A DNA stretch of 63,552 bases, the filler included, from Folioceros fuciformis (taxonomy: Eukaryota), in NCBI GenBank assembly GCA_049999805.1. It is 10 parts of 10 records of this genome, joined end to end, with 100 filler letters (N's around TTAATTAATTAA, not from the genome) between each part and the next. Parts side by side here need not be neighbours in the genome. Positions count along the whole stretch, not along the records: positions 60,479 to 63,552 come from JBNGIO010004452.1; 9 more parts are not named here. One strand, written 5' to 3'. The notes under the pieces are model-generated. The model saw nothing but the letters and a program-made list of their open reading frames with translations, had not been told where the DNA came from and did no database searches. Below, one piece after another: positions 62,533 to 63,552 of this stretch. A program made the position numbers and the translations under genes. Position 1 is the stretch's first letter. The number at the start of each line of letters is the position of its first letter.

Positions 62533-63510
62533 TGTCAATAGGATCGACTCCAGTCTACGTGCAAGTGTAGGAGAGGAGAGAAGAGAGGGTGGTATTGGTG
62601 ATCACAACCATGAAATCAATACACATCACCACTGTCTTACTATGGAGGTCCGAGGTCTCCATTTAAGTAGTACATTTAGGGCTACACAACTTCCAGGTTC
62701 AATATGGGATAATCTACACTATCCTAAGTTCACTAATAACTAGAACTAGTCTAGTATGAACCCAACTGGGATAACTAACACCACATGAGTTTAGCTCATA
62801 TAGAGCTCGATAACTCAACACTCCCCCTCGAGCTCAACATAGCATCTATACGCCTAACATAGCTCGGAATTTCTTCATCTTCTCTGCTCCCATTGGCTTA
62901 GTAAATATATCGGCTATCTGCTCGTCTGTGTTGACATACACAAGATCAATAGCTCCAGATAAAATCCTTTCGCGAAGAAAATGATAATGTATTTCAATGT
63001 GTTTTGTCCTGGCATGAAACACTGGGTTTCGCGNNNNNNNNNNNNNNNNNNNNNNNNNNNNNNNNNNNNNNNNNNNNNNNNNNNNNNNNNNNNNNNNNNN
63101 NNNNNNNNNNNNNNNNNNNNNNNNNNNNNNNNNTATTTCAATGTGTTTTGTCCTGGCATGAAACATTGGGTTTCGCGCCAGCTGTATGCTGCTAAGATTG
63201 TCACAGTAGATAACAACCTTGTCGTTGACCTGCAATCCAAAATCTCCGAGTAACTTACAAATCCAAGTCACTTCACACGCTGCCATTGCTGCGCCTCTGT
63301 ATTTAGCTTCTGTACTAGACAAAGCCACTGTAGGCTGCTTCTTGCTACTCCATGTAATTGCTGCACTCCCAAGTGAAAAAATGAATCCACTTGTAGATCT
63401 ACGATCAGTAACACTGCCTGCCCAATCTGCATCTGTGTACCCACACAGGTTTATTTCTAAATCTGCAACATAAAAGAGAGCATGATCCATAGTTGCCTTC
63501 ACATAGCTGA
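62533..63510 (-). mobile_element. Ty1/Copia LTR retrotransposon 3' end (RNase H, PPT, 3' LTR)
   Basis: GYTDADWAG..RRSTSG..WSSKKQPTVALSSTEA..YCDNLS..HARTKHIEIHYHF..QIADIFTK. PPT GAGGGGGAG is followed by TGTTG at 62820. The LTR end is tentatively TGACA at 62533. Confidence 0.9.
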
Positions 63511-63552
63511 AGGAGTATTGATGTTGGCATAATGAGATTAGGGTTATATTAT

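Overview
Eukaryotic land-plant nuclear DNA, not one continuous locus. Ten short scaffolds are joined by nine artificial spacers (N44-TTAATTAATTAA-N44), with further N gaps inside scaffolds. Short introns, a flagellar TTLL9, and PLS-PPR genes with DYW:KP/GRP and WW-type C-termini point to a seed-free plant, most likely a hornwort (inference). Recognisable genes: root-cap/LEA-like exon, PAS+receiver signalling protein, SAC phosphoinositide phosphatase, single-domain Gnk2/DUF26 protein, TTLL9, RAD54, SMT2, KASII, five PLS-PPR loci (two GRP-type with no visible lesions, one of them 5'-truncated; one PG/E+; two pseudogenes), a MOSC/mARC 5' end, a CYP71-clan last exon, a nuclear CysA/SABC-type sulfate ABC ATPase, and a polyQ/His N-terminus. 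Mobile DNA is mostly a CRE-like non-LTR retrotransposon family, plus LINE and Copia remnants and several minisatellites. Leading candidates for novelty: (1) putative U-to-C RNA-editing PPR proteins carrying an N-terminal OSB-type PDF motif, seen in two paralogues; (2) an algal-type nuclear-encoded plastid sulfate ABC subunit in a land plant; (3) a PAS-receiver protein with no histidine kinase core; (4) telomeric repeats at rearrangement junctions among CRE fragments. Family assignments come from motif recognition only; no searches were run.
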